A stretch of DNA of 63,993 nucleotides, filler included, from Sanchytrium tribonematis (taxonomy: Eukaryota): assembly GCA_018985235.1 (NCBI GenBank). It is 13 parts of 13 records of this genome, joined end to end, with 100 filler letters (N's around TTAATTAATTAA, not from the genome) between each part and the next. Parts side by side here need not be neighbours in the genome. Positions count along the whole stretch, not along the records: positions 1 to 19,060 come from JADGIG010000105.1; 12 more parts are not named here. The stretch is one strand, 5' to 3'. A model generated the notes under the pieces. The model ran no database searches and was not told where the DNA came from. It saw only the letters and a list, made by a program, of their open reading frames with translations. Within the stretch, counting starts at the first letter, position 1; every line of letters begins with the position of its first letter. Positions 1 to 10,247 of this stretch are shown piece by piece. The translations under genes and the position numbers were made by a program.

Positions 1-108
1 TCCACCCCCAGTCTCATCTTTCGATGCTTCTGCAACTGCATATAATTGCCCAATTTGATATTCTTCGACTGTTAGAGGCAATCTGACTCGATATTCGTTG
101 ATCAGCAT
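1..108 (-). CDS. Phosphatidylinositol transfer protein (START-like class I PITP), N-terminal fragment running off the window
   Basis: Hand translation from ATG at 108: [36 protein letters not shown], matching the PITP-alpha/beta N-terminus. Missing from the ORF track. Confidence 0.93.
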   Translation of the reverse strand, partial: MLINEYRVRLPLTVEEYQIGQLYAVAEASKDETGGG

Positions 109-230
109 TCGGTAAAACGGTGTTTCAAAAAGATAAAAATTATTTTCTATTTTGTTTGTGTGGAAACTGGACAGCTTAGTTGATTTATTGAAATAATAAA
201 CGAAATGTCTAATACTTTAAATCTCGATAT

Positions 231-2282
231 TCACTGCTCAACTACCTTGGCTTGGAAAAAAGATAAATAGTCACTTAAATCCATTGCACGACTGTGATAA
301 AGGTTTGGTGTTATCCAAGATGCAAGATTCTGTAAAATTTGTTGATTGTAATAAGAGTTGGACAAATGAATATTATATCTGGAATCAACCAAAAAAATGT
401 ATGCATAGTCATTCTTGTGGCGCAAACATCTACCAACTGCCTGATTGACTGATCGCATAGCCATAGACAGTCCCATTTCAAATGGTTTCTTGATTCCTAA
501 ACTATCACATCGTTTCTGAAATACAGTTTCTTGCATATTTGGAAATGGAATACCGAAGATAAGTAATGATCTTGCCAAGTTATCTGTAAAGTCAATTCCT
601 TCCGACAACTTGCCACCAAAAACTGCGAATAAAATTGCTTTACCATTCGATACATTAGATTTATGAGTTTTCATTATTTCAGTTACATTTGAACTCATTT
701 TTGATTCGAATTGACACTTGAAGTTTTTCTTATGATCAGTCGAAAGCTTGAAATAAGCTTGTTCTAATTGAAATATCATGCCAAATGAAGGCACAAAAAC
801 CAATGTGCCACTACTGAAAGGTGATTTTTCTAATACATTCAATGTAATTTCTAAAATAAGAACTGCATCAAATTGTTTTGAATCAAATTTCAAGGGTTTT
901 TCTTGGAATTTCCCAATAGTTTGTACCCTAAAATTAGACTTTTCTACCACATGAGGTGCAATGTGTCTAACAACTTTGTCTTCAAGCTGCTCTTCAATCA
1001 TCATTTTTTGATAAAAATCAATTGGTGATAAAGTACCAGCAATAAGTATTAAAGACTTTGAGCCATTATACAAATCACGAACAATGTCGTGAGCAGAAAG
1101 TTTGGTATAAGTGATAGCATTATTGATTGTTAAATAACCAAATGCATCCTCATTCATTAAAAGCTGTAATAAGTGTGATAAATTGTAAAACTCAGATATA
1201 CGAATATCTTCTTCTTTAAATCCTGCCATCATCTTCATCCCTAATCGAGATCTTTCAATATTTGACACAAGTTCTAAAAAATTAAAATTTTCCAATGAGC
1301 AATCTGTCAAGATTTTCGCAATTGATCTACTTTCAGTGCTATTATTCGTACTTAATGTGATAATATTTTTCAAAGCAATTTGTAGCAATTCAATATTTCT
1401 CAAATTTTTAGATCCCAGTCGTAAAATATAATTTGTTTTGTAGGAATTTACACATTTGAGTATTTTAGCAATCTCAGTGAACTGGATGGAAACGAAGTCA
1501 TTTTGCAATGCAGCATCGTAGAAGCTGTGTGCCTCGTCTACCACCACTACACAATTTTTGAGATCAATTCCATTTGATTGCCGTGTGTGCTCTGAGATAA
1601 TGCTTTGAAATGGGGCAATCACAATATCTGCCTCGGGGACTGAACCTTTCGCTAGAAAGTACGGACAAAATTTGCTAGTTTTTCCTTTGGCAATCACATC
1701 CTCAATATCCCAAATTTTTGATTGATATTCGTCTATGAAATAATCCAAATTGTCATTAAAATAGTCACAATGCTTTTCAGCAATAAGGTCTTTGCATTTT
1801 TCATTTTGCAGTAGCGAGTTCAGGTTTTTTAATTTGCCATTTATGCAATATTGCTGTCTACTACCTAATACAGCTACTTTGATAGTTTTTCCAAACTCTG
1901 TCTTCTTTAACTCTTTCAGTATAGATTGAATTTGAGAGTGCGTTCGTGTAACGTATATCAATTTTGGCTTGTATTCTCGCCTTGAACCGGTGTCTTCATA
2001 TTCTGTTTGTAGCATTACTTCAATTTCTTCATCAAATTCTAATTTTTTTAAATAATTGATGGAAAACTTTGAAGTTTTCTTTTTCTTGACCATCCAGGAA
2101 GGTTTTTGTTTAGTATTTTGTTTGAAATGGCTCAAAATTGCGCATAATAGCATCAAAGTCTTGCCAGTTCCGGTAGGTGACTCTATGATAGCAATTTTGT
2201 CTTGATTTATAGCATTGCCAATAATTTTCATAACCTCCAGCTGAGACGGGTATGGCTTGAATGGAAACTGAAAAGCGTGCAT
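231..2282 (-). CDS. CHL1: Chl1/DDX11 Fe-S DNA helicase (XPD/Rad3 family), compact 683 aa
   Basis: FPFKPYPSQ Q-motif, ESPTGTGKT Walker A, RTHSQ, four Fe-S Cys (QYCIN, KCKDL, HCDYF, FCPYF), VVDEAH, GGKLSEGIDF, VNQAVGRCLRHKNDY. Confidence 0.9.
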   Translation of the reverse strand: MHAFQFPFKPYPSQLEVMKIIGNAINQDKIAIIESPTGTGKTLMLLCAILSHFKQNTKQKPSWMVKKKKTSKFSINYLKKLEFDEEIEVMLQTEYEDTGSRREYKPKLIYVTRTHSQIQSILKELKKTEFGKTIKVAVLGSRQQYCINGKLKNLNSLLQNEKCKDLIAEKHCDYFNDNLDYFIDEYQSKIWDIEDVIAKGKTSKFCPYFLAKGSVPEADIVIAPFQSIISEHTRQSNGIDLKNCVVVVDEAHSFYDAALQNDFVSIQFTEIAKILKCVNSYKTNYILRLGSKNLRNIELLQIALKNIITLSTNNSTESRSIAKILTDCSLENFNFLELVSNIERSRLGMKMMAGFKEEDIRISEFYNLSHLLQLLMNEDAFGYLTINNAITYTKLSAHDIVRDLYNGSKSLILIAGTLSPIDFYQKMMIEEQLEDKVVRHIAPHVVEKSNFRVQTIGKFQEKPLKFDSKQFDAVLILEITLNVLEKSPFSSGTLVFVPSFGMIFQLEQAYFKLSTDHKKNFKCQFESKMSSNVTEIMKTHKSNVSNGKAILFAVFGGKLSEGIDFTDNLARSLLIFGIPFPNMQETVFQKRCDSLGIKKPFEMGLSMAMRSVNQAVGRCLRHKNDYAYIFLVDSRYNIHLSNSYYNQQILQNLASWITPNLYHSRAMDLSDYLSFFQAKVVEQ

Positions 2283-2303
2283 TTATTCTAATAAGTGTTT
2301 GGG

Positions 2304-4023
2304 CTAGAAATTCTCCTTGCCATAAAAAAATTGAGTTCCATTAGGATCTGAGCTAGAAAACTTATTGCAGCAAATATGTAAAGCTTGAGATATTGCTAAA
2401 TTAGTTGTAAATACGTTTTGGTCCACAAAACATTACACCGACTTTGGTACTTGGATGATTTTGTTGGGTTTTGTAAAAAATCTGATCAAAGTTTGGTCTC
2501 CCGTAAATTGTCCTAGACTTCAAGTTAGTGACAGGGTCTCTTCCTTCATTCGAGTGCATCAATACGTTTCGCATTTCGTAAGGTTTTAATTCGCCTGTTA
2601 GGTATACAGTAATTATGAGAAAATTATCTAAGTCATCTCTTTCTAAGGTTGCTAACAAATCTTGAAACCACTCAAAGGCTTCCTTGTCTCGACAAATCCA
2701 GTAAAAGTAGACCTTTCTAAGCTTCATCACCCGAGTAGGCTGGCAAACTCTAAACCAGATACTTTTTAATATGCTTGCGAAAGGAGTGACACCAATCCCG
2801 CCACCAAACAGCATTGCTACTTCGTATTGAAATACATCTTCGCTTGCACTTCCAAATGGGCCATCCACTTTAATTGAAGGTAATTTTGCTCTGCAATCTA
2901 CACCCATCAACGGCTCCTTTCCGTCCTTGTCTGTAAAAGTAATTCCCACTTTCTTTGCAAAAGCGTTAGTCCAATCTCCCGCCATTCTCATATGAACCGA
3001 AATAAACGGTTCTTCTGGTGCATTTGTTAAAGTAAATGGGTGATATTGAAACCTATTAACTTCCGGGCAGTTCAAAAAAATCCATTGTCCTGGAGCTGTT
3101 CTACAGCTGGGCTTTTTTATTTGCACTTCGACGACTTTTGAGGGATGAAGTACTATTTTCGAAATAAAAGTGGCCCTTCTCACCCTTATCTCTCTCCATA
3201 GTCTTTCTAAGGTGTAAATCGTACCCGCAAACACAAACCATTTCCAGAATTGCCCGCCAACATTGCATCGCGGAGGTTTGTCACCTTTTATAAAACAAAA
3301 CTGACCATGTAGAATCAGCAGAAAAAAGAATATTGGAAATAGATGGTGAGTATACCAAAATATTTCAAAGTTTGCCCTCCTTACTGGCTCAAAGCTGGAT
3401 GTTATCATTAAAAAGAATACGGCCACAAGCAGCACACCTGTAAATAGACTCGGATTTGTCAAAACCAACACTTCTGGCGTATACCGAGGGTCAAATTGGT
3501 AAAGACGTAATGCATTTATCACGTGAGCAGAAATGTGAGTGGTAGTAAATAATAAAATTGCAATGCCAATAGTTTTGTGCCATTTAATATTCTTGTCAAA
3601 TGGCACCACTGTTTTTAAAAATGTTTTCCTGAGAGCAGAAATCGAATTTCTGCAAACAGGAAATAAGATTATACCGCAATTAAAAAATAATGCCCCAGCG
3701 CTTCCTCTGGCAATGGGCAATGTCTCTTTTAAAATAGTTCGAATTGTAGTAAAGTTAGGATTTGTATTGTAGAACCAAAAATAGTATGAAAACGATGCAA
3801 TCGTCCCTAGAGCATAAGCAACAAAAAAAAGCCGTATTTTGCCGTCATTTATCATATAATTTCTGATAGTCATTTGAAGAGATTTTTTTTGTGAGGGAAC
3901 CACCAAATTTTGCTCTGGTGGGGGGAGATCGACTACGATATGTGGTGAATTAATATCTGTATCTATCTCTTCAAATCTGGGGAGCGGGTCAATATTTTTG
4001 GTTTTTAATATTCTGGTAGACAT
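2304..4023 (-). CDS. NADPH oxidase catalytic subunit (NoxA/gp91phox-like), 2 exons, 19-nt intron at 2396-2414
   Basis: Ferric reductase TM His residues, FWYTHHLF, HPFTLT, DGPFG, GGGIGVTPF. Splicing GTATTTACAACTAATTTAG gives FCGPKPISQALH...FFYGKENF-stop, the canonical Nox C-terminus. Confidence 0.93.
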
Positions 4024-4129
4024 TTTTCTCAAAACAATTGCGACGTCATTTCTACATGTGATGGAAATCTCGGTATCGCCGAATTAGCAGGAAGAATTAC
4101 CGTTGACATGTCTTTTAGAAACCAATTGT

Positions 4130-4708
4130 TTATTTTCTTCTTTCCCAACATTCAAAATGATAAGAAACATCTTTTTCGATAACCGAGCTTGTTTCAGCGT
4201 AATTAACCAATTTTGCAAATTCTTGATCGCTTAGTTTTGTGTAAGACAAAAACGAACTCGGCTTTAAGAATGCGTCTCCATCAACCACATAATTAATTTT
4301 TGTAATAAAGATATATTCACAATCAGGATGATTAAACGCATGCTCATACAATTTCGCACCACCTAAGCAAAATGTGCTCTCTGCCCGTAAATCCAGTGAT
4401 TTTTGAAGTGCTTTATCAAAACTGTCTACAACATAGCTATCAAGTATGTTGCCAACATCTTCTTGAGTCATTTTTGTACTGACTATAATGTTAAATCTAT
4501 TTTTAAGAGGTTGAAAAGGCAATGATTCCCAAGTAAGTCGGCCCATTATCACAGCATTTTTATTAGTTTCCACGACAGTGCTTGTGGTCAACTTATTTAG
4601 CCATTGTAAATCCTTTTTTAAATGAGGCCACGGTAGGGTATTTTGTTTGCCGATACAATAGTTAGACGAGCATGCCACAACTGAGCTAAATTTGACTGGA
4701 TTAGCCAT
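4130..4708 (-). CDS. DFR1: Dihydrofolate reductase
   Basis: IGKQNTLPWPHLKKD, NAVIMGRLTWESL, PLKNRFNII, GGAKLY, GDAF motifs. Confidence 0.95.
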   Translation of the reverse strand: MANPVKFSSVVACSSNYCIGKQNTLPWPHLKKDLQWLNKLTTSTVVETNKNAVIMGRLTWESLPFQPLKNRFNIIVSTKMTQEDVGNILDSYVVDSFDKALQKSLDLRAESTFCLGGAKLYEHAFNHPDCEYIFITKINYVVDGDAFLKPSSFLSYTKLSDQEFAKLVNYAETSSVIEKDVSYHFECWERRK

Positions 4709-4911
4709 TTATTTTAAAGGAGGTTTCAAACATCTCTTTGGTTTCAAAATTTTACACCTAATATAATCCAGGTCTTAGATGATTCATCCAATATCAGTTG
4801 TCACAACTCAATGTTATGGAGCACAAATGTCTTGTTGTGCCCAAATTGCAAATTAGTGCGACTCTGTGTAACGCAATTTTTTGATAAAATTTACAGAGAA
4901 CTTAATTTGAA

Positions 4912-5706
4912 ATGATTCAACAACCTACGCAATGTGTTCAGAAAGCCAGGGAATTTCAAGCTCAATGTATATCACAAGGACTTAATGGGAACTTAAATCC
5001 ACAAATCTTAAGAAGTAATAATTTGATGTCATTGTTCGGGATGAACACCGGAAGTTTGGGACAACCTTCTGGGGTACTTGCACCTTTTATCACATTTGAC
5101 GTCAAGTTTTACCAAACAAGTGAGCAATTAGACCAAGCTCTTGGAACATTTTGTGGTAACTCCTGCGACCAAAGAAGACAAGAATTACTTCAATGCAACC
5201 TTGGAAATGAGTTAATGATTCAAAAACAGGTGTTTTGTCAAAGAACTAGCAACCAATATTGTTACTCTTTTTATTTTGAGAGAATGGGTCCGAGAATGTG
5301 GGAATGGGAGTATAATTTACCCGACCCAGATACAGGAAAGCCTGAAGTAGTTTGTCATCCTTGTACAAGCGGTATATTTGAAGTGCTGAGACAATTTACA
5401 TTAGATCCTGCGGTGCCTAGCACATCCATAAGTAATCCGGTCATGCCAGTGAATATGCCAAATATTCCAAATCCGCAACAGCAAACAATCGGAAGTGTGG
5501 GACCTCAAAATATGTTGGACCGGAGTCAAGCCCGTAATGTTTATTCGCAATTATTTTCTAAATACACAATGGTTTGTCCAAATACACAGGCAGTCAACAC
5601 GATTGCTGCAATGGATCCGACGAATCCAAACAATCAACGAATCAAAAATGATTCTGCAGGGTTTAGTATTCTCTATATATTTTTTGTGATATTCAATTGC
5701 TTATGA
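4912..5706 (+). CDS. Cys/Gln/Pro-rich hypothetical protein with hydrophobic C-terminus (possible GPI-anchored surface protein)
   Basis: 264-aa ORF with about 10 spaced Cys and a C-terminal NDSAGFSILYIFFVIF tail. Confidence 0.6.
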   Translation: MIQQPTQCVQKAREFQAQCISQGLNGNLNPQILRSNNLMSLFGMNTGSLGQPSGVLAPFITFDVKFYQTSEQLDQALGTFCGNSCDQRRQELLQCNLGNELMIQKQVFCQRTSNQYCYSFYFERMGPRMWEWEYNLPDPDTGKPEVVCHPCTSGIFEVLRQFTLDPAVPSTSISNPVMPVNMPNIPNPQQQTIGSVGPQNMLDRSQARNVYSQLFSKYTMVCPNTQAVNTIAAMDPTNPNNQRIKNDSAGFSILYIFFVIFNCL

Positions 5707-5720
5707 GATTAGATAATTTA

Positions 5721-6515
5721 TTAAAATGTATTCATGGCGAATTTGATGTACTCATAAACACTCCAGACTATAGCCGTGGAGGGGACATGAGTAGCAATTC
5801 TCGGAATCGCGCCACGAAAAAAGGTTTTTATGCCATGTGTCTGATATGCTTTTTTGACAATTGAGATTGCATCAAGACGACTCATGTTTGGATTAATTTC
5901 GCCTCGAGTTTGTATAGTGGTCTTCAAAACATCCAACGGATTAGTCACCACACTAGCTACACCACCAGCAAAAGCGCCTCCAATGCAAATTACTGTAGGA
6001 TCATATTCATTGACAGTGTTCCGCCAATGTAGAAGCTTTGGTTTTATTGTTTCATAAATTGAAAAATGAATCATATTGAATGGAACAGTAATTGATAAAC
6101 TTATAGGATATGAAATATAAAATGAACGCAAACCTTCTCTGGAATAAACTTTTTCAATACATTCTCGTATAGACCTATAATTATGTATTTGCATTCTTTG
6201 TTTGACTACATCAAAAGGAGTCTGAAAAGCCTCTCCTACCATTGTTCCCAATGCCGCCGCTATTGTAGGATTAGAAGAGTCTTTAAAAAATTCATACACT
6301 GAAAATTGTAATGCATGTGCTGGTCCGGCACCTATCAATATTGATTGTACACCATTCCAAAGTGAATGCTTTGTCGGCAGTGCAAAAAGAACTTGTTGTC
6401 TAGTTTTCATGGTATCTATTGGGAACACAAGTGAATGCTCGGCTATTCCGGCCAAAGCACCCGCTAGACAATGTAATTGTACTGAGGTTCCTACGGGAAG
6501 TAATTCTTCTTCCAT
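5721..6515 (-). CDS. Mitochondrial carrier, mitoferrin (Mrs3/4)-like
   Basis: AGALAGIAEHSLVFPIDTMKTRQQ, GAGPAHALQFSVYE, three PxDxxK carrier signatures. Confidence 0.9.
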   Translation of the reverse strand: MEEELLPVGTSVQLHCLAGALAGIAEHSLVFPIDTMKTRQQVLFALPTKHSLWNGVQSILIGAGPAHALQFSVYEFFKDSSNPTIAAALGTMVGEAFQTPFDVVKQRMQIHNYRSIRECIEKVYSREGLRSFYISYPISLSITVPFNMIHFSIYETIKPKLLHWRNTVNEYDPTVICIGGAFAGGVASVVTNPLDVLKTTIQTRGEINPNMSRLDAISIVKKAYQTHGIKTFFRGAIPRIATHVPSTAIVWSVYEYIKFAMNTF

Positions 6516-6558
6516 ATCTGATTGGGTTTAAAGGGGGCATTGTACAAAATCAATATTT

Positions 6559-7776
6559 TTATTTTATCATAATAATCATCTCATCGTCGAAATTTGGGGA
6601 GAGGGCTAAGACAGGCTTTTCCAATTTAAACTTTTGAATCTTCATTGACGATTCCGAGAATTCTCTTGACAACTCTTCAGGTTGTTGTTTATCGTAAAAC
6701 GACTGTTGGTTTTCTATATATCGCTGCTGTATTTCATTATGACAATCAACTTCGGATTTGGCTTTGCTTGTGATTTTGTCCCATTTTTCTGATCTATGAT
6801 GATTTCTGAAATGCTCCTCGATTTCCTTTTGACGACTTACGCTCATCAAAGATCCCTCCATGACTTTTCTATATGTCATTAAAATATAGGGCTCGGGAAT
6901 TTTTGTAAGCGATATCATTTCCTTTAAGAAACGTTTTTGATTCCAAAACATTTTCGTGCGTCGCTTGATTTTTTTAGGAAGCCTCAGAATATGAACGTAT
7001 TCCGATTGTACCATAATTCCGGCGTAAACCATAGTATACAGATCATAGGCATCAGTTGTTGTACTTGGGCAATCATGAGCAGAAAAAAGCTCACGATCTT
7101 TCAAATCTATTTCAGGAAACCTCTTGTTATCATGAATATATTTGGCGACAAAGGCCCTCAAAAAAGTGGTCAGTATTTTAGTTCCTTTACCAGGTTGCAT
7201 ATGTCTTATTATTAGAGAAAGGCAGTCCATCGGCATCTGTCCCTTGAAATTAAACATGGAAAGATATCGAGGCAGTACAGTGGGATTGTCAGCAATCCAA
7301 AGACCGAGCTTTAAGGGGTCGATTAAAACTCTATATTCGTAGAATAAACAAGCCAAATCGTCAAATTCAAAAAAGTGAGTCAGTAAATATTCAATTCCAT
7401 AGAATGGCATCGTATTAAAGAGATGCAGACCTTGAGTGGCGAAATAATCCAGTTTGTCTTTTCCGATGCTGTTCTCACTTTGAGAAAATTTGTCAAGGGA
7501 CGATTTCCTCGAAAACGACTTGCCTTCATCCGACGGATGCGAAAGTTCAATTCGAGTCAACGAGGTATGCATAGGTGCCTCAACTGAAACAGTTTTTGTA
7601 TTGGATAAGGGCGAGACAGGCACTGAAATAGTCTCTCGACTAGTTTTCATTTTACTGAGATTATTTTGTCTTTCAACTTCTTTCTCCATAGCATCCAATA
7701 TTTGAGACTCTCTGTTTCTCCAATATTCCATAATTTGCTTTGCCTCGTAATCGTTTTCGCTTGGACTTGTGGTCAT
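6559..7776 (-). CDS. Divergent Sec7-domain (ARF-GEF-like) protein
   Basis: GLHLFNTMPFYGIEYL, LGLWIADN, RYLSMFNFKG, AFVAKY and YTMVYAGIM follow the Sec7 fold; the FRLPGE motif is degenerate. Confidence 0.65.
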   Translation of the reverse strand: MTTSPSENDYEAKQIMEYWRNRESQILDAMEKEVERQNNLSKMKTSRETISVPVSPLSNTKTVSVEAPMHTSLTRIELSHPSDEGKSFSRKSSLDKFSQSENSIGKDKLDYFATQGLHLFNTMPFYGIEYLLTHFFEFDDLACLFYEYRVLIDPLKLGLWIADNPTVLPRYLSMFNFKGQMPMDCLSLIIRHMQPGKGTKILTTFLRAFVAKYIHDNKRFPEIDLKDRELFSAHDCPSTTTDAYDLYTMVYAGIMVQSEYVHILRLPKKIKRRTKMFWNQKRFLKEMISLTKIPEPYILMTYRKVMEGSLMSVSRQKEIEEHFRNHHRSEKWDKITSKAKSEVDCHNEIQQRYIENQQSFYDKQQPEELSREFSESSMKIQKFKLEKPVLALSPNFDDEMIIMIK

Positions 7777-7862
7777 TTGCAACAATGCAACAAAAAGTCT
7801 TAGAAACTATATAAAGCAAGCAAGATGAGCATCGCACCAATCATAATCTTTTATTTGATTGA

Positions 7863-8036
7863 TCACTTATTCGTTGCAACCACTTCCAATAAATGCGCTC
7901 TCTCCAGATTCATTAACTTGATCATTCTTCTTAGTCTTATTAATTTTAAATATATTCTGTCATTTTCTTCTTCCATTTCCGTTATACGTGATTTAAGTTC
8001 AGAGTATTTAATGGAATAATCTTGAGTGCTGCTCAT
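7863..8036 (-). CDS. 57-aa coiled-coil protein resembling the INO80E/TFPT/Nhp10 N-terminal coiled coil
   Basis: Hand translation MSSTQDYSIKYSELKSRITEMEEENDRIYLKLIRLRRMIKLMNLERAHLLEVVATNK; KY..LK....EEEN and LERA.LLE pattern. Below the ORF-track size cutoff. Confidence 0.7.
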   Translation of the reverse strand: MSSTQDYSIKYSELKSRITEMEEENDRIYLKLIRLRRMIKLMNLERAHLLEVVATNK

Positions 8037-8184
8037 TTTCAATTCAATACAAAAGGAGTAAACGCGCCTATCAACAACATAATAGTAGGGTAGGCATATA
8101 GACTAAATAACCCGGCAGTAAACACGACTTAAAGATTTGTAAAAATTTACGCTTGGCCTAGCTGAAACTCCATCTCAGCGTCAG

Positions 8185-8976
8185 ATGAATAATACTTCTA
8201 CTCTAGCGCTGCTTCTGGCATTGTTATTCACAGTTTGGTCCATTGTGATTTTACAACGAGACTTGAAGAGAGGATTTAGAAGTGAATTGTTTGGAGCTTT
8301 GAGACTAGCTTTATTATTTATTTCAGGATTATTTGTGGGAAGTGCTCGTTTAAATACGTACTCTTATGATCCAATTCAGCAGAGAATGGTCCCCCCACCA
8401 GAAGAAGTTCGAATTGCTTTGAAAACTACAATGTTGTTTTGTTTTGGTGGAGTCTTGGCAGAGATCTATGGGCTTGTACTTAAGAGATTAAAAGCACCTG
8501 ATACTATTGTAAATACTGTTTACAGTGAAATGACTGGCATCCTGGTTGGTGGAACCAATTTAATGGTTGTCGTTTTAGACGTTTTGGGAAGAGATTTTTC
8601 TTTGCTTTGGACTATGATTATGTTGACTATCGACTTTTGCACAGATGTCTACATTGCACGTAGAATGTATATGCTAAAGGAGTATACTACTTCAAGTGAA
8701 CACATGTCCATTTTTAGAAATACCCTAACTTCTATGGTCTTTTACTTTGGATTTATGCTTTCTGCTCTAGTCAATATGTTCTCTCAGAACGCCTATGTAG
8801 CTTTTATTGATCAGATTTTCATTCTCCTATGCTTTGGATCTATTGTCATGTCCAAAGTTGAACTAAGAGGACATTTAGAACAAATCAAAGAAAAAGAAGA
8901 AATGGCTCCAAAACACGAAACTGCAAAACAGGGTCTTTTGTATGAAGAGGATGGATTGCGAATGGATGTGGAATAA
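8185..8976 (+). CDS. Multi-pass (6-7 TM) membrane protein, possibly GPCR-like
   Basis: 263-aa ORF with repeated hydrophobic helices and an N-terminal NNTS sequon. Confidence 0.6.
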   Translation: MNNTSTLALLLALLFTVWSIVILQRDLKRGFRSELFGALRLALLFISGLFVGSARLNTYSYDPIQQRMVPPPEEVRIALKTTMLFCFGGVLAEIYGLVLKRLKAPDTIVNTVYSEMTGILVGGTNLMVVVLDVLGRDFSLLWTMIMLTIDFCTDVYIARRMYMLKEYTTSSEHMSIFRNTLTSMVFYFGFMLSALVNMFSQNAYVAFIDQIFILLCFGSIVMSKVELRGHLEQIKEKEEMAPKHETAKQGLLYEEDGLRMDVE

Positions 8977-8989
8977 ATTGTTGACGTAT

Positions 8990-10019
8990 TTACTTTTCTT
9001 TCCAACTTTGTATTAATTTTGCAAAATCTTTCACGATTACGTTTTCCTCTAAATAAAAAATCTGTACCTTTACCCTTAACCCAAGGGTGACGAAGTAATT
9101 GTTTGGGGTTCCACCTATCTTTTGGCTGCTTTTGTAGGCTTTTATCTAGAAAATCAAACATAAGAGTTTCTGTCGAAGTTGCTGATTTTTGAAATGGCTG
9201 TAAAGTTTTAAGAATATCTTCATGTATTATGACTTGAATTAATTCAAAAACAGACATAGGGGGCGAAGTCTGAAATGGTACAGTCCCAGTAAACAATTCA
9301 ATTACCATTAGTCCAAGAGACCATGAATCAGCTTGAGATGCGTATTCTTTGCCTTGAATTCTTTCCGGAGCCATATACAAAGACGTACCAACAAAAGTAT
9401 TGGCGATAGAATTTACAGCCTCCCCACTCACACCAAAATCGCAAAGTTTAAAATATCCATCTGAATTTAACAATAAATTCGAAGGCTTGATGTCTCTGTG
9501 CATGATTTTAAAGTTATCGTATAAATAAACTAGCCCAAGTAATACGGATACACTTAGAGAATTGAGAATCCCTTCCTGTAATCCCTTCTTAGTATTTGTT
9601 AGAGATAATTTTAAAATTCCATCTAATGAGCCCAGATTCATATATTCAATGCACAAATAAACTTGATTATCATAAATGTAACCTCCATAAAAATCAATAA
9701 TGTGAGTAAACTTAACGGAATGCAAAATATTCAATTCTCTTATAACATGTTTTTCGTTGATTTCATTAGTCATGCTTATGACTTTTCTTGCCATTATAAC
9801 TTCTCCTTTCTTTACTAAGCTGACCACCCCACCACTACCATGTCCGAGTTCTTTAACGAGTTTGAAGTCTTGGTGCTGCAAGGGCGTCGCAGAAGTGGAC
9901 AAATTAGTTAAAGCGCTGCTGATGCTATCAATCGGTTGTGCTGCATTTTCTTCAACGGAGGACGACTCCAAGCTAATTTTTAGTTTCTTGGATTTCTTGA
10001 ACTTGGGCTGGCTACTCAT
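8990..10019 (-). CDS. MAP kinase kinase (Ste7/MEK family), 2 exons, 19-nt intron at 9049-9067
   Basis: Basic N-terminal docking site, LGHGSGGVV, HRDIKPSN, DFGVSG, NSIANTFVGT. Splicing gives HPWVKGKEENVIVKDFAKLIQSWKEK-stop and removes the apparent overlap with the 8185-8976 gene. Confidence 0.92.
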
Positions 10020-10247
10020 TTTTGAAAAAGGTGTTTCAGTTCGATTTATTATTGCAAATTTGAAAATTAACAAGAAATGACACCAATCAATAGCTATTAA
10101 ATTTAATAAAGCAAATCATTGCTGCAAAACGAGGCATTTGTTCTCCAGTAACTCACAAAATTATGTTCTCCTCCACAGATTAATAAATTTAAAATAAAAT
10201 ACAAATTTATTAGATGATATGGTACTATAAATGAATTGACAAGGTTA

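Noticed and set aside
8811..8989. Long antisense overlap between the MAPKK and the 8185-8976 membrane protein
   Set aside because: It disappears once the 19-nt intron at 9049-9067 is spliced.
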